Assembly: GCF_009914755.1 (NCBI RefSeq)
Contig: NC_060939.1
DNA from: the human T2T-CHM13v2.0 reference genome, Homo sapiens
DNA: 64,000 nucleotides
Direction: 5' to 3' (one strand)
Part shown: positions 39,901 through 55,400 of the stretch, piece after piece
How the letters are laid out: each line of letters begins with the position of its first letter
Numbering within the stretch: the stretch's first letter is position 1
The notes under the pieces: model-generated
Told to the model about the DNA's origin: nothing
Seen by the model: the letters and a program-made list of their open reading frames with translations, nothing else
The model's database searches: none
Program-made: the position numbers and the translations under genes

Positions 39901-42900
39901 ATAACATTTGAGTCCATTCAATTCCATTCCTTTCGTTTCCATTCCATTTGATGCCATTCCATTCAATTCTGTTCTACTCGACTCCAATACACTCAATTCC
40001 ATTCCATCCGATTCCATTACATTCTTTTCATTTCTTATCCATTTCAAGCCATTCCACTCCATTCCATTCCACTCGTTTCCTTTCCATTCGAGTCCATTCC
40101 TCTCCAGTCCATTCCGTTCAATCCATTCCATTCCAGTCCATTCCATTCGAGTCCGTTCCATTCCAGTCCATTCCATTCGAGTCAATTCCATCCCATTCGA
40201 TGTCTTTCCATAACGATCCATTCCATTCTATTCCTTTCGATTCCATTCCATTCTATTTCATTCCATTCGATTCCCTTCCATTGGACTCCTTTCCATTCGA
40301 GTGCATTCCATTCCTTTCCATTTCTTTCCGTTCTGTACGATTCCTACCGTTCGATTTCATTTTGTTCCAGTCCATTCCTTTCGCGTCCATTCCATTCCAT
40401 TTCACTCCATTCGATTCCATTCCACTCGATTCCACTTCGTTCCATTTCATTGCATTCCATTCTATTCAACTCTATTGCCTTCCATTCCATTCCATTCCAT
40501 TCGATTACATTCCATGCGATTCCATTCGAAATCGAATCAATTACATTGCAATCCATTACTATTGAGTCCGTTTTATTCCAGTCCACTGCATTCTGGTCCA
40601 TTCCATTTGATTCCATTCCATTCTATTCCATTCCATACAGTTGCATTCCATTGGATTCCATGCTATATCTATAAATTCAATTCGAGACCATTGCTTTTGA
40701 GTCCATTCTATATGATTCCATTCCATTCAAGTCCATTACATTTGGTTCAATTCCATTCCATTCCATTCCCTTCCATTCCATTCCATTTGATATCAATCCA
40801 TTCGATTCCATTCCATTCGAGCACATTCCATTCGAGTCCATTCCATTCGATGCCATTCCATTTGATTCTATTCCATTAGTCTCCATTCAATTCCATTAAT
40901 CTCCATTCCATTCCATTCTACTCCAACTGATTCCATTCCATTCTATTCCTTTCCATTCCATTTCATTCCATTCCATTCCATTTCATTCCATTCCATTCCA
41001 TTCGTGTCCATTCCACTCCAGTCCATTCCATTCGTGTCCATTCCATTCCAGTCCATTCCATTTGTGTCCACTGCATTCCATTCCACTCCATTCCATATTA
41101 TTCCATTACACTCCATTCCATTCTATTACTTTCATTTCCATTCAATTCCATTCCATTTGATTCCATTCCACTCGGTTTCATTCCATTTGAGTCCACTCCA
41201 TTCCATTCCATTCCATTCCATTCAGTTCCATTCCATTCTGTTCCATTCCATTCCCTTCCATTACATTCCATTCCATTCGGTACCATTCCATATTGTTCCA
41301 TTCGATTCCATTCGAATCCATTCCATTCCAGTCCATTCCATTCGATTCCATTCCATTCATTTCAATTCCATTCCATTCCATTCCATTACATTCCACTTGA
41401 TTCCTCTCCATTCCCTTCCACTGCATTCCGTTCGATTCCATTCCATTGCATTGCATTCCATTCCATTGGATTGCATTCCATTCGATTCCATTCCATTCGA
41501 ATCAATTACATAGCAATCCATTACATTCGAGTCTATTCTCTTCCGTTCCATTCGATTTCGTTCCAATCCATTCGATTCCATTCCATTCGATTCCATTCCA
41601 TGCTATTGCATTCCATTCGATTACATTATATTCGAATAAGTTCCATTCAAGACCATTTCTTTTGAGTCCATTCTATTTGAGTCCATTCCCTTTGATTCCA
41701 TAACATTTGAGTCCATTCAATTCCATTCCTTTCGTTTCCATTCCATTTGATGCCATTCCATTCAATTCTGTTCTACTCGACTCCAATACATTCAATTCCA
41801 TTCCATCCGATTCCATTACATTCTTTTCATTTCTTATCCATTTCAAGCCATTCCACTCCATTCCATTCCACTCGTTTCCTTTCCATTCGAGTCCATTCCT
41901 CTCCAGTCCATTCCGTTCAATCCATTCCATTCCAGTCCATTCCATTCGAGTCCGTTCCATTCCAGTCCATTCCATTCGAGTCAATTCCATTCCATTCGAT
42001 GTCTTTCCATAACGATCCATTCCATTCTATTCCTTTCGATTCCATTCCATTCTATTTCATTCCATTCGATTCCCTTCCATTGGACTCCTTTCCATTCGAG
42101 TGCATTCCATTCCGTTCCATTTCTTTCCGTTCTGTACGATTCCTACCGTTCGATTTCATTTTGTTCCAGTCCATTCCTTTCGCGTCCATTCCATTCCATT
42201 TCACTCCATTCGATTCCATTCCACTCGATTCCACTTCGTTCCATTTCATTGCATTCCATTCTATTCAACTCTATTGCCTTCCATTCCATTCCATTCGATT
42301 ACATTCCATGCGATTCCATTCGAAATCGAATCAATTACATTGCAATCCATTACTATTGAGTCCGTTTTATTCCAGTCCACTGCATTCTGGTCCATTCCAT
42401 TTGATTCCATTCCATTCTATTCCATTCCATACAGTTGCATTCCATTGGATTCCATGCTATATCTATAAATTCAATTCGAGACCATTGCTTTTGAGTCCAT
42501 TCTATATGATTCCATTCCATTCAAGTCCATTACATTTGGTTCAATTCCATTCCATTCCATTCCCTTCCATTCCATTCCATTTGATATCAATCCATTCGAT
42601 TCCATTCCATTCGAGCACATTCCATTCGAGTCCATTCCATTCGATGCCATTCCATTTGATTCTATTCCATTAGTCTCCATTCAATTCCATTAATCTCCAT
42701 TCCATTCCATTCTACTCCAACTGATTCCATTCCATTCTATTCCTTTCCATTCCATTTCATTCCATTCCATTCCATTTCATTCCATTCCATTCCATTCGTG
42801 TCCATTCCACTCCAGTCCATTCCATTCGTGTCCATTCCATTCCAGTCCATTCCATTTGTGTCCACTGCATTCCATTCCACTCCATTCCATATTATTCCAT

Positions 42901-43449
42901 TACACTCCATTCCATTCTATCTCTTTCATTTCCATTCAATTCCATTCCATTTGATTCCATTCCACTCGGTTTCATTCCATTTGAGTCCACTCCATTCCAT
43001 TCCATTGCATTCCATTCAGTTCCATTCCATTCTGTTCCATTCCATTCCGTTCCATTACATTCCATTCCATTCGGTACCATTCCATATTGTTCCATTCGAT
43101 TCCATTCGAATCCATTCCATTCCAGTCCATTCCATTCGATTCCATTCCATTCATTTCAATTCCATTCCATTCCATTCCATTACATTCCACTTGATTCCTC
43201 TCCATTCCCTTCCACTGCATTCTGTTCGATTCCATTCCATTGCATTGCATTCCATTCCATTGGATTGCATTCCATTCGATTCCATTCCATTCGAATCAAT
43301 TACATAGCAATCCATTACATTCGAGTCTATTCTATTCCGTTCCATTCGATTTCGTTCCAATCCATTCGATTCCATTCCATTCGATTCCATTCCATACTAT
43401 TGCATTCCATTCGATTACATTATATTCGAATAAGTTCCATTCAAGACCA

Positions 43450-46400
43450 TTTCTTTTGAGTCCATTCTATTTGAGTCCATTCCCTTTGATTCCATAACAT
43501 TTCAGTCCATTCAATTCCATTCCTTTCGTTTCCATTCCATTTGATGCCATTCCATTCAATTCTGTTCTACTCGACTCCAATACACTCAATTCCATTCCAT
43601 CCGATTCCATTACATTCTTTTCATTTCTCATCCATTTCAAGCCATTCCACTCCATTCCATTCCACTCGTTTCCTTTCCATTCGAGTCCATTCCTCTCCAG
43701 TCCATTCCGTTCAATCCATTCCATTCCAGTCCATTCCATTCGAGTCCGTTCCATTCCAGTCCATTCCATTCGAGTCAATTCCATTCCATTCGATGTCTTT
43801 CCATAACGATCCATTCCATTCTATTCCTTTCGATTCCATTCCATTCTATTTCATTCCATTCGATTCCCTTCCATTGGACTCCTCTCCATTCGAGTGCATT
43901 CCATTCCTTTCCATTTCTTTCCGTTCTGTACGATTCCTACCGTTCGATTTCATTTTGTTCCAGTCCATTCCTTTCGCGTCCATTCCATTCCATTTCACTC
44001 CATTCGATTCCATTCCACTCGATTCCACTTCGTTCCATTTCATTGCATTCCATTCTATTCAACTCTATTGCCTTCCATTCCATTCCATTCGATTACATTC
44101 CATGCGATTCCATTCGAAATCGAATCAATTACATTGCAATCCATTACTATTGAGTCCGTTTTATTCCAGTCCACTGCATTCTGGTCCATTCCATTTGATT
44201 CCATTCCATTCTATTCCATTCCATACAGTTGCATTCCATTGGATTCCATGCTATATCTATAAATTCAATTCGAGACCATTGCTTTTGAGTCCATTCTGTA
44301 TGATTCCATTACATTAAAGTCCATTACATTTGGTTCAATTCCATTCCATTCCATTCCCTTCCATTCCATTCCATTTGATATCAATCCATTCGATTCCATT
44401 CCATTCGAGCACATTCCATTCGAGTCCATTCCATTCGATGCCATTCCATTTGATTCTATTCCATTAGTCTCCATTCAATTCCATTAATCTCCATTCCATT
44501 CCATTCTACTCCAACTGATTCCATTCCATTCTATTCCTTTCCATTCCATTTCATTCCATTCCATTCCATTTCATTCCATTCCATTCCATTCGTGTCCATT
44601 CCACTCCAGTCCATTCCATTCGTGTCCATTCCATTCCAGTCCATTCCATTTGTGTCCACTGCATTCCATTCCACTCCATTCCATATTATTCCATTACACT
44701 CCATTCCATTCTATTACTTTCATTTCCATTCAATTCCATTCCATTTGATTCCATTCCACTCGGTTTCATTCCATTTGAGTCCACTCCATTCCATTCCATT
44801 CCATTCCATTCAGTTCCATTCCATTCTGTTCCATTCCATTCCGTTCCATTACATTCCATTCCATTCGGTACCATTCCATATTGTTCCATTCGATTCCATT
44901 CGAATCCATTCCATTCCAGTCCATTCCATTCGATTCCATTCCATTCATTTCAATTCCATTCCATTCCATTCCATTACATTCCACTTGATTCCTCTCCATT
45001 CCCTTCCACTGCATTCCGTTCGATTCCATTCCATTGCATTGCATTCCATTCCATTGGATTGCATTCCATTCGATTCCATTCCATTCGAATCAATTACATA
45101 GCAATCCATTACATTCGAGTCTATTCTCTTCCGTTCCATTCGATTTCGTTCCAATCCATTCGATTCCATTCCATTCGATTCCATTCCATACTATTGCATT
45201 CCATTCGATTACATTATCTTCGAATAAGTTCCATTCAAGACCATTTCTTTTGAGTCCATTCGATTTGAGTCCATTCCCTTTGATTCCATAACATTTGAGT
45301 CCATTCAATTCCATTCCTTTCGTTTCCATTCCATTTGATGCCATTCCATTCAATTCTGTTCTACTCGACTCCAATACATTCAATTCCATTCCATCCGATT
45401 CCATTACATTCTTTTCATTTCTTATCCATTTCAAGCCATTCCACTCCATTCCATTCCACTCGTTTCCTTTCCATTCGAGTCCATTCCTCTCCAGTCCATT
45501 CCGTTCAATCCATTCCATTCCAGTCCATTCCATTCGAGTCCGTTCCATTCCAGTCCATTCCATTCGAGTCAATTCCATTCCATTCGATGTCTTTCCATAA
45601 CGATCCATTCCATTCTATTCCTTTCGATTCCATTCCATTCTATTTCATTCCATTCGATTCCCTTCCATTGGACTCCTTTCCATTCGAGTGCATTCCATTC
45701 CGTTCCATTTCTTTCCGTTCTGTACGATTCCTACCGTTCGATTTCATTTTGTTCCAGTCCATTCCTTTCGCGTCCATTCCATTCCATTTCACTCCATTCG
45801 ATTCCATTCCACTCGATTCCACTTCGTTCCATTTCATTGCATTCCATTCTATTCAACTCTATTGCCTTCCATTCCATTCCATTCGATTACATTCCATGCG
45901 ATTCCATTCGAAATCGAATCAATTACATTGCAATCCATTACTATTGAGTCCGTTTTATTCCAGTCCACTGCATTCTGGTCCATTCCATTTGATTCCATTC
46001 CATTCTATTCCATTCCATACAGTTGCATTCCATTGGATTCCATGCTATATCTATAAATTCAATTCGAGACCATTGCTTTTGAGTCCATTCTATATGATTC
46101 CATTCCATTCAAATCCATTACTTTTGGTTCAATTCCATTCCATTCCATTCCCTTCCATTCCATTCCATTTGATATCAATCCATTCGATTCCATTCCATTC
46201 GAGCACATTCCATTCGAGTCCATTCCATTCGATGCCATTCCATTTGATTCTATTCCATTAGTCTCCATTCAATTCCATTAATCTCCATTCCATTCCATTC
46301 TACTCCAACTGATTCCATTCCATTCTATTCCTTTCCATTCCATTTCATTCCATTCCATTCCATTTCATTCCATTCCATTCCATTCGTGTCCATTCCACTC

Positions 46401-49400
46401 CAGTCCATTCCATTCGTGTCCATTCCATTCCAGTCCATTCCATTTGTGTCCACTGCATTCCATTCCACTCCATTCCATATTATTCCATTACACTCCATTC
46501 CATTCTATCACTTTCATTTCCATTCAATTCCATTCCATTTGATTCCATTCCACTCGGTTTCATTCCATTTGAGTCCACTCCATTCCATTCCATTGCATTC
46601 CATTCAGTTCCATTCCATTCCGTTCCATTACATTCCATTCCATTCGGTACCATTCCATATTGTTCCATTCGATTCCATTCGAATCCATTCCATTCCAGTC
46701 CATTCCATTCGATTCCATTCCATTCATTTCAATTCCATTCCATTCCATTCCATTACATTCCACTTGATTCCTCTCCATTCCCTTCCACTGCATTCCGTTC
46801 GATTCCATTCCATTGCATTGCATTCCATTCCATTGGATTGCATTCCATTCGATTCCATTCCATTCGAATCAATTACATAGCAATCCATTACATTCGAGTC
46901 TATTCTCTTCCGTTCCATTCGATTTCGTTCCAATCCATTCGATTCCATTCCATTCGATTCCATTCCATACTATTGCATTCCATTCGATTACATTATATTC
47001 GAATAAGTTCCATTCAAGACCATTTCTTTTGAGTCCATTCTATTTGAGTCCATTCCCTTTGATTCCATAACATTTCAGTCCATTCAATTCCATTCCTTTC
47101 GTTTCCATTCCATTTGATGCCATTCCATTCAATTCTGTTCTACTCGACTCCAATACACTCAATTCCATTCCATCCGATTCCATTACATTCTTTTCATTTC
47201 TCATCCATTTCAAGCCATTCCACTCCATTCCATTCCACTCGTTTCCTTTCCATTCGAGTCCATTCCTCTCCAGTCCATTCCGTTCAATCCATTCCATTCC
47301 AGTCCATTCCATTCGAGTCCGTTCCATTCCAGTCCATTCCATTCGAGTCAATTCCATCCCATTCGATGTCTTTCCATAACGATCCATTCCATTCTATTCC
47401 TTTCGATTCCATTCCATTCTATTTCATTCCATTCGATTCCCTTCCATTGGACTCCTCTCCATTCGAGTGCATTCCATTCCTTTCCATTTCTTTCCGTTCT
47501 GTACGATTCCTACCGTTCGATTTCATTTTGTTCCAGTCCATTCCTTTCGCGTCCATTCCATTCCATTTCACTCCATTCGATTCCATTCCACTCGATTCCA
47601 CTTCGTTCCATTTCATTGCATTCCATTCTATTCAACTCTATTGCCTTCCATTCCATTCCATTCGATTACATTCCATGCGATTCCATTCGAAATCGAATCA
47701 ATTACATTGCAATCCATTACTATTGAGTCCGTTTTATTCCAGTCCACTGCATTCTGGTCCATTCCATTTGATTCCATTCCATTCTATTCCATTCCATACA
47801 GTTGCATTCCATTGGATTCCATGCTATATCTATAAATTCAATTCGAGACCATTGCTTTTGAGTCCATTCTGTATGATTCCATTCCATTAAAGTCCATTAC
47901 ATTTGGTTCAATTCCATTCCATTCCATTCCCTTCCATTCCATTCCATTTGATATCAATCCATTCGATTCCATTCCATTCGAGCACATTCCATTCGAGTCC
48001 ATTCCATTCGATGCCATTCCATTTGATTCTATTCCATTAGTCTCCATTCAATTCCATTAATCTCCATTCCATTCCATTCTACTCCAACTGATTCCATTCC
48101 ATTCTATTCCTTTCCATTCCATTTCATTCCATTCCATTCCATTTCATTCCATTCCATTCCATTCGTGTCCATTCCACTCCAGTCCATTCCATTCGTGTCC
48201 ATTCCATTCCAGTCCATTCCATTTGTGTCCACTGCATTCCATTCCACTCCATTCCATATTATTCCATTACACTCCATTCCATTCTATTACTTTCATTTCC
48301 ATTCAATTCCATTCCATTTGATTCCATTCCACTCGGTTTCATTCCATTTGAGTCCACTCCATTCCATTCCATTCCATTCCATTCAGTTCCATTCCATTCT
48401 GTTCCATTCCATTCCGTTCCATTACATTCCATTCCATTCGGTACCATTCCATATTGTTCCATTCGATTCCATTCGAATCCATTCCATTCCAGTCCATTCC
48501 ATTCGATTCCATTCCATTCATTTCAATTCCATTCCATTCCATTCCATTACATTCCACTTGATTCCTCTCCATTCCCTTCCACTGCATTCCGTTCGATTCC
48601 ATTCCATTGCATTGCATTCCATTCCATTGGATTGCATTCCATTCGATTCCATTCCATTCGAATCAATTACATAGCAATCCATTACATTCGAGTCTATTCT
48701 ATTCCGTTCCATTCGATTTCGTTCCAATCCATTCGATTCCATTCCATTCGATTCCATTCCATACTATTGCATTCCATTCGATTACATTATCTTCGAATAA
48801 GTTCCATTCAAGACCATTTCTTTTGAGTCCATTCTATTTGAGTCCATTCCCTTTGATTCCATAACATTTGAGTCCATTCAATTCCATTCCTTTCGTTTCC
48901 ATTCCATTTGATGCCATTCCATTCAATTCTGTTCTACTCGACTCCAATACATTCAATTCCATTCCATCCGATTCCATTACATTCTTTTCATTTCTTATCC
49001 ATTTCAAGCCATTCCACTCCATTCCATTCCACTCGTTTCCTTTCCATTCGAGTCCATTCCTCTCCAGTCCATTCCGTTCAATCCATTCCATTCCAGTCCA
49101 TTCCATTCGAGTCCGTTCCATTCCAGTCCATTCCATTCGAGTCAATTCCATTCCATTCGATGTCTTTCCATAACGATCCATTCCATTCTATTCCTTTCGA
49201 TTCCATTCCATTCTATTTCATTCCATTCGATTCCCTTCCATTGGACTCCTTTCCATTCGAGTGCATTCCATTCCGTTCCATTTCTTTCCGTTCTGTACGA
49301 TTCCTACCGTTCGATTTCATTTTGTTCCAGTCCATTCCTTTCGCGTCCATTCCATTCCATTTCACTCCATTCGATTCCATTCCACTCGATTCCACTTCGT

Positions 49401-52400
49401 TCCATTTCATTGCATTCCATTCTATTCAACTCTATTGCCTTCCATTCCATTCCATTCGATTACATTCCATGCGATTCCATTCGAAATCGAATCAATTACA
49501 TTGCAATCCATTACTATTGAGTCCGTTTTATTCCAGTCCACTGCATTCTGGTCCATTCCATTTGATTCCATTCCATTCTATTCCATTCCATACAGTTGCA
49601 TTCCATTGGATTCCATGCTATATCTATAAATTCAATTCGAGACCATTGCTTTTGAGTCCATTCTGTATGATTCCATTCCATTAAAGTCCATTACATTTGG
49701 TTCAATTCCATTCCATTCCATTCCCTTCCATTCCATTCCATTTGATATCAATCCATTCGATTCCATTCCATTCGAGCACATTCCATTCGAGTCCATTCCA
49801 TTCGATGCCATTCCATTTGATTCTATTCCATTAGTCTCCATTCAATTCCATTAATCTCCATTCCATTCCATTCTACTCCAACTGATTCCATTCCATTCTA
49901 TTCCTTTCCATTCCATTTCATTCCATTCCATTCCATTTCATTCCATTCCATTCCATTCGTGTCCATTCCACTCCAGTCCATTCCATTCGTGTCCATTCCA
50001 TTCCAGTCCATTCCATTTGTGTCCACTGCATTCCATTCCACTCCATTCCATATTATTCCATTACACTCCATTCCATTCTATTACTTTCATTTCCATTCAA
50101 TTCCATTCCATTTGATTCCATTCCACTCGGTTTCATTCCATTTGAGTCCACTCCATTCCATTCCATTCCATTCCATTCAGTTCCATTCCATTCTGTTCCA
50201 TTCCATTCCGTTCCATTACATTCCATTCCATTCGGTACCATTCCATATTGTTCCATTCGATTCCATTCGAATCCATTCCATTCCAGTCCATTCCATTCGA
50301 TTCCATTCCATTCATTTCAATTCCATTCCATTCCATTCCATTACATTCCACTTGATTCCTCTCCATTCCCTTCCACTGCATTCCGTTCGATTCCATTCCA
50401 TTGCATTGCATTCCATTCCATTGGATTGCATTCCATTCGATTCCATTCCATTCGAATCAATTACATAGCAATCCATTACATTCGAGTCTATTCTATTCCG
50501 TTCCATTCGATTTCGTTCCAATCCATTCGATTCCATTCCATTCGATTCCATTCCATACTATTGCATTCCATTCGATTACATTATCTTCGAATAAGTTCCA
50601 TTCAAGACCATTTCTTTTGAGTCCATTCTATTTGAGTCCATTCCCTTTGATTCCATAACATTTGAGTCCATTCAATTCCATTCCTTTCGTTTCCATTCCA
50701 TTTGATGCCATTCCATTCAATTCTGTTCTACTCGACTCCAATACATTCAATTCCATTCCATCCGATTCCATTACATTCTTTTCATTTCTTATCCATTTCA
50801 AGCCATTCCACTCCATTCCATTCCACTCGTTTCCTTTCCATTCGAGTCCATTCCTCTCCAGTCCATTCCGTTCAATCCATTCCATTCCAGTCCATTCCAT
50901 TCGAGTCCGTTCCATTCCAGTCCATTCCATTCGAGTCAATTCCATTCCATTCGATGTCTTTCCATAACGATCCATTCCATTCTATTCCTTTCGATTCCAT
51001 TCCATTCTATTTCATTCCATTCGATTCCCTTCCATTGGACTCCTTTCCATTCGAGTGCATTCCATTCCGTTCCATTTCTTTCCGTTCTGTACGATTCCTA
51101 CCGTTCGATTTCATTTTGTTCCAGTCCATTCCTTTCGCGTCCATTCCATTCCATTTCACTCCATTCGATTCCATTCCACTCGATTCCACTTCGTTCCATT
51201 TCATTGCATTCCATTCTATTCAACTCTATTGCCTTCCATTCCATTCCATTCGATTACATTCCATGCGATTCCATTCGAAATCGAATCAATTACATTGCAA
51301 TCCATTACTATTGAGTCCGTTTTATTCCAGTCCACTGCATTCTGGTCCATTCCATTTGATTCCATTCCATTCTATTCCATTCCATACAGTTGCATTCCAT
51401 TGGATTCCATGCTATATCTATAAATTCAATTCGAGACCATTGCTTTTGAGTCCATTCTATATGATTCCATTCCATTCAAATCCATTACTTTTGGTTCAAT
51501 TCCATTCCATTCCATTCCCTTCCATTCCATTCCATTTGATATCAATCCATTCGATTCCATTCCATTCGAGCACATTCCATTCGAGTCCATTCCATTCGAT
51601 GCCATTCCATTTGATTCTATTCCATTAGTCTCCATTCAATTCCATTAATCTCCATTCCATTCCATTCTACTCCAACTGATTCCATTCCATTCTATTCCTT
51701 TCCATTCCATTTCATTCCATTCCATTCCATTTCATTCCATTCCATTCCATTCGTGTCCATTCCACTCCAGTCCATTCCATTCGTGTCCATTCCATTCCAG
51801 TCCATTCCATTTGTGTCCACTGCATTCCATTCCACTCCATTCCATATTATTCCATTACACTCCATTCCATTCTATCACTTTCATTTCCATTCAATTCCAT
51901 TCCATTTGATTCCATTCCACTCGGTTTCATTCCATTTGAGTCCACTCCATTCCATTCCATTGCATTCCATTCAGTTCCATTCCATTCCGTTCCATTACAT
52001 TCCATTCCATTCGGTACCATTCCATATTGTTCCATTCGATTCCATTCGAATCCATTCCATTCCAGTCCATTCCATTCGATTCCATTCCATTCATTTCAAT
52101 TCCATTCCATTCCATTCCATTACATTCCACTTGATTCCTCTCCATTCCCTTCCACTGCATTCCGTTCGATTCCATTCCATTGCATTGCATTCCATTCCAT
52201 TGGATTGCATTCCATTCGATTCCATTCCATTCGAATCAATTACATAGCAATCCATTACATTCGAGTCTATTCTCTTCCGTTCCATTCGATTTCGTTCCAA
52301 TCCATTCGATTCCATTCCATTCGATTCCATTCCATACTATTGCATTCCATTCGATTACATTATATTCGAATAAGTTCCATTCAAGACCATTTCTTTTGAG
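43450..52400 (+). repeat. Nested local duplication: 3573-bp dimer duplication plus one extra 1794-bp monomer duplication
   Basis: Private variants recur at offsets of 3573 (ORFs 43541/47114, 45034/48607), 1794 (47838/49632, 48607/50401) and 5367 = 3573+1794 (46059/51426, 46386/51753). Confidence 0.8.
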
Positions 52401-55400
52401 TCCATTCTATTTGAGTCCATTCCCTTTGATTCCATAACATTTGAGTCCATTCAATTCCATTCCTTTCGTTTCCATTCCATTTGATGCCATTCCATTCAAT
52501 TCTGTTCTACTCGACTCCAATACACTCAATTCCATTCCATCCGATTCCATTACATTCTTTTCATTTCTTATCCATTTCAAGCCATTCCACTCCATTCCAT
52601 TCCACTCGTTTCCTTTCCATTCGAGTCCATTCCTCTCCAGTCCATTCCGTTCAATCCATTCCATTCCAGTCCATTCCATTCGAGTCCGTTCCATTCCAGT
52701 CCATTCCATTCGAGTCAATTCCATCCCATTCGATGTCTTTCCATAACGATCCATTCCATTCTATTCCTTTCGATTCCATTCCATTCTATTTCATTCCATT
52801 CGATTCCCTTCCATTGGACTCCTTTCCATTCGAGTGCATTCCATTCCTTTCCATTTCTTTCCGTTCTGTACGATTCCTACCGTTCGATTTCATTTTGTTC
52901 CAGTCCATTCCTTTCGCGTCCATTCCATTCCATTTCACTCCATTCGATTCCATTCCACTCGATTCCACTTCGTTCCATTTCATTGCATTCCATTCTATTC
53001 AACTCTATTGCCTTCCATTCCATTCCATTCGATTACATTCCATGCGATTCCATTCGAAATCGAATCAATTACATTGCAATCCATTACTATTGAGTCCGTT
53101 TTATTCCAGTCCACTGCATTCTGGTCCATTCCATTTGATTCCATTCCATTCTATTCCATTCCATACAGTTGCATTCCATTGGATTCCATGCTATATCTAT
53201 AAATTCAATTCGAGACCATTGCTTTTGAGTCCATTCTATATGATTCCATTCCATTCAAGTCCATTACATTTGGTTCAATTCCATTCCATTCCATTCCCTT
53301 CCATTCCATTCCATTTGATATCAATCCATTCGATTCCATTCCATTCGAGCACATTCCATTCGAGTCCATTCCATTCGATGCCATTCCATTTGATTCTATT
53401 CCATTAGTCTCCATTCAATTCCATTAATCTCCATTCCATTCCATTCTACTCCAACTGATTCCATTCCATTCTATTCCTTTCCATTCCATTTCATTCCATT
53501 CCATTCCATTTCATTCCATTCCATTCCATTCGTGTCCATTCCACTCCAGTCCATTCCATTCGTGTCCATTCCATTCCAGTCCATTCCATTTGTGTCCACT
53601 GCATTCCATTCCACTCCATTCCATATTATTCCATTACACTCCATTCCATTCTATTACTTTCATTTCCATTCAATTCCATTCCATTTGATTCCATTCCACT
53701 CGGTTTCATTCCATTTGAGTCCACTCCATTCCATTCCATTCCATTCCATTCAGTTCCATTCCATTCTGTTCCATTCCATTCCCTTCCATTACATTCCATT
53801 CCATTCGGTACCATTCCATATTGTTCCATTCGATTCCATTCGAATCCATTCCATTCCAGTCCATTCCATTCGATTCCATTCCATTCATTTCAATTCCATT
53901 CCATTCCATTCCATTACATTCCACTTGATTCCTCTCCATTCCCTTCCACTGCATTCCGTTCGATTCCATTCCATTGCATTGCATTCCATTCCATTGGATT
54001 GCATTCCATTCGATTCCATTCCATTCGAATCAATTACATAGCAATCCATTACATTCGAGTCTATTCTCTTCCGTTCCATTCGATTTCGTTCCAATCCATT
54101 CGATTCCATTCCATTCGATTCCATTCCATGCTATTGCATTCCATTCTATTACATTATATTCGAATAAGTTCCATTCAAGACCATTTCTTTTGAGTCCATT
54201 CTATTTGAGTCCATTCCCTTTGATTCCATAACATTTGAGTCCATTCAATTCCATTCCTTTCGTTTCCATTCCATTTGATGCCATTCCATTCAATTCTGTT
54301 CTACTCGACTCCAATACATTCAATTCCATTCCATCCGATTCCATTACATTCTTTTCATTTCTTATCCATTTCAAGCCATTCCACTCCATTCCATTCCACT
54401 CGTTTCCTTTCCATTCGAGTCCATTCCTCTCCAGTCCATTCCGTTCAATCCATTCCATTCCAGTCCATTCCATTCGAGTCCGTTCCATTCCAGTCCATTC
54501 CATTCGAGTCAATTCCATTCCATTCGATGTCTTTCCATAACGATCCATTCCATTCTATTCCTTTCGATTCCATTCCATTCTATTTCATTCCATTCGATTC
54601 CCTTCCATTGGACTCCTTTCCATTCGAGTGCATTCCATTCCGTTCCATTTCTTTCCGTTCTGTACGATTCCTACCGTTCGATTTCATTTTGTTCCAGTCC
54701 ATTCCTTTCGCGTCCATTCCATTCCATTTCACTCCATTCGATTCCATTCCACTCGATTCCACTTCGTTCCATTTCATTGCATTCCATTCTATTCAACTCT
54801 ATTGCCTTCCATTCCATTCCATTCGATTACATTCCATGCGATTCCATTCGAAATCGAATCAATTACATTGCAATCCATTACTATTGAGTCCGTTTTATTC
54901 CACTCCACTGCATTCTGGTCCATTCCATTTGATTCCATTCCATTCTATTCCATTCCACACAGTTGCATTCCATTGGATTCCATGCTATATCTATAAATTC
55001 AATTCGAGACCATTGCTTTTGAGTCCATTCTATATGATTCCATTCCATTCAAGTCCATTACATTTGGTTCAATTCCATTCCATTCCATTCCCTTCCATTC
55101 CATTCCATTTGATATCAATCCATTCGATTCCATTCCATTCGAGCACATTCCATTCGAGTCCATTCCATTCGATGCCATTCCATTTGATTCTATTCCATTA
55201 GTCTCCATTCAATTCCATTAATCTCCATTCCATTCCATTCTATTCCAACTGATTCCATTCCATTCTATTCCTTTCCATTCCATTTCATTCCATTCCATTC
55301 CATTTCATTCCATTCCATTCCATTCGTGTCCATTCCACTCCAGTCCATTCCATTCGTGTCCATTCCATTCCAGTCCATTCCATTTGTGTCCACTGCATTC

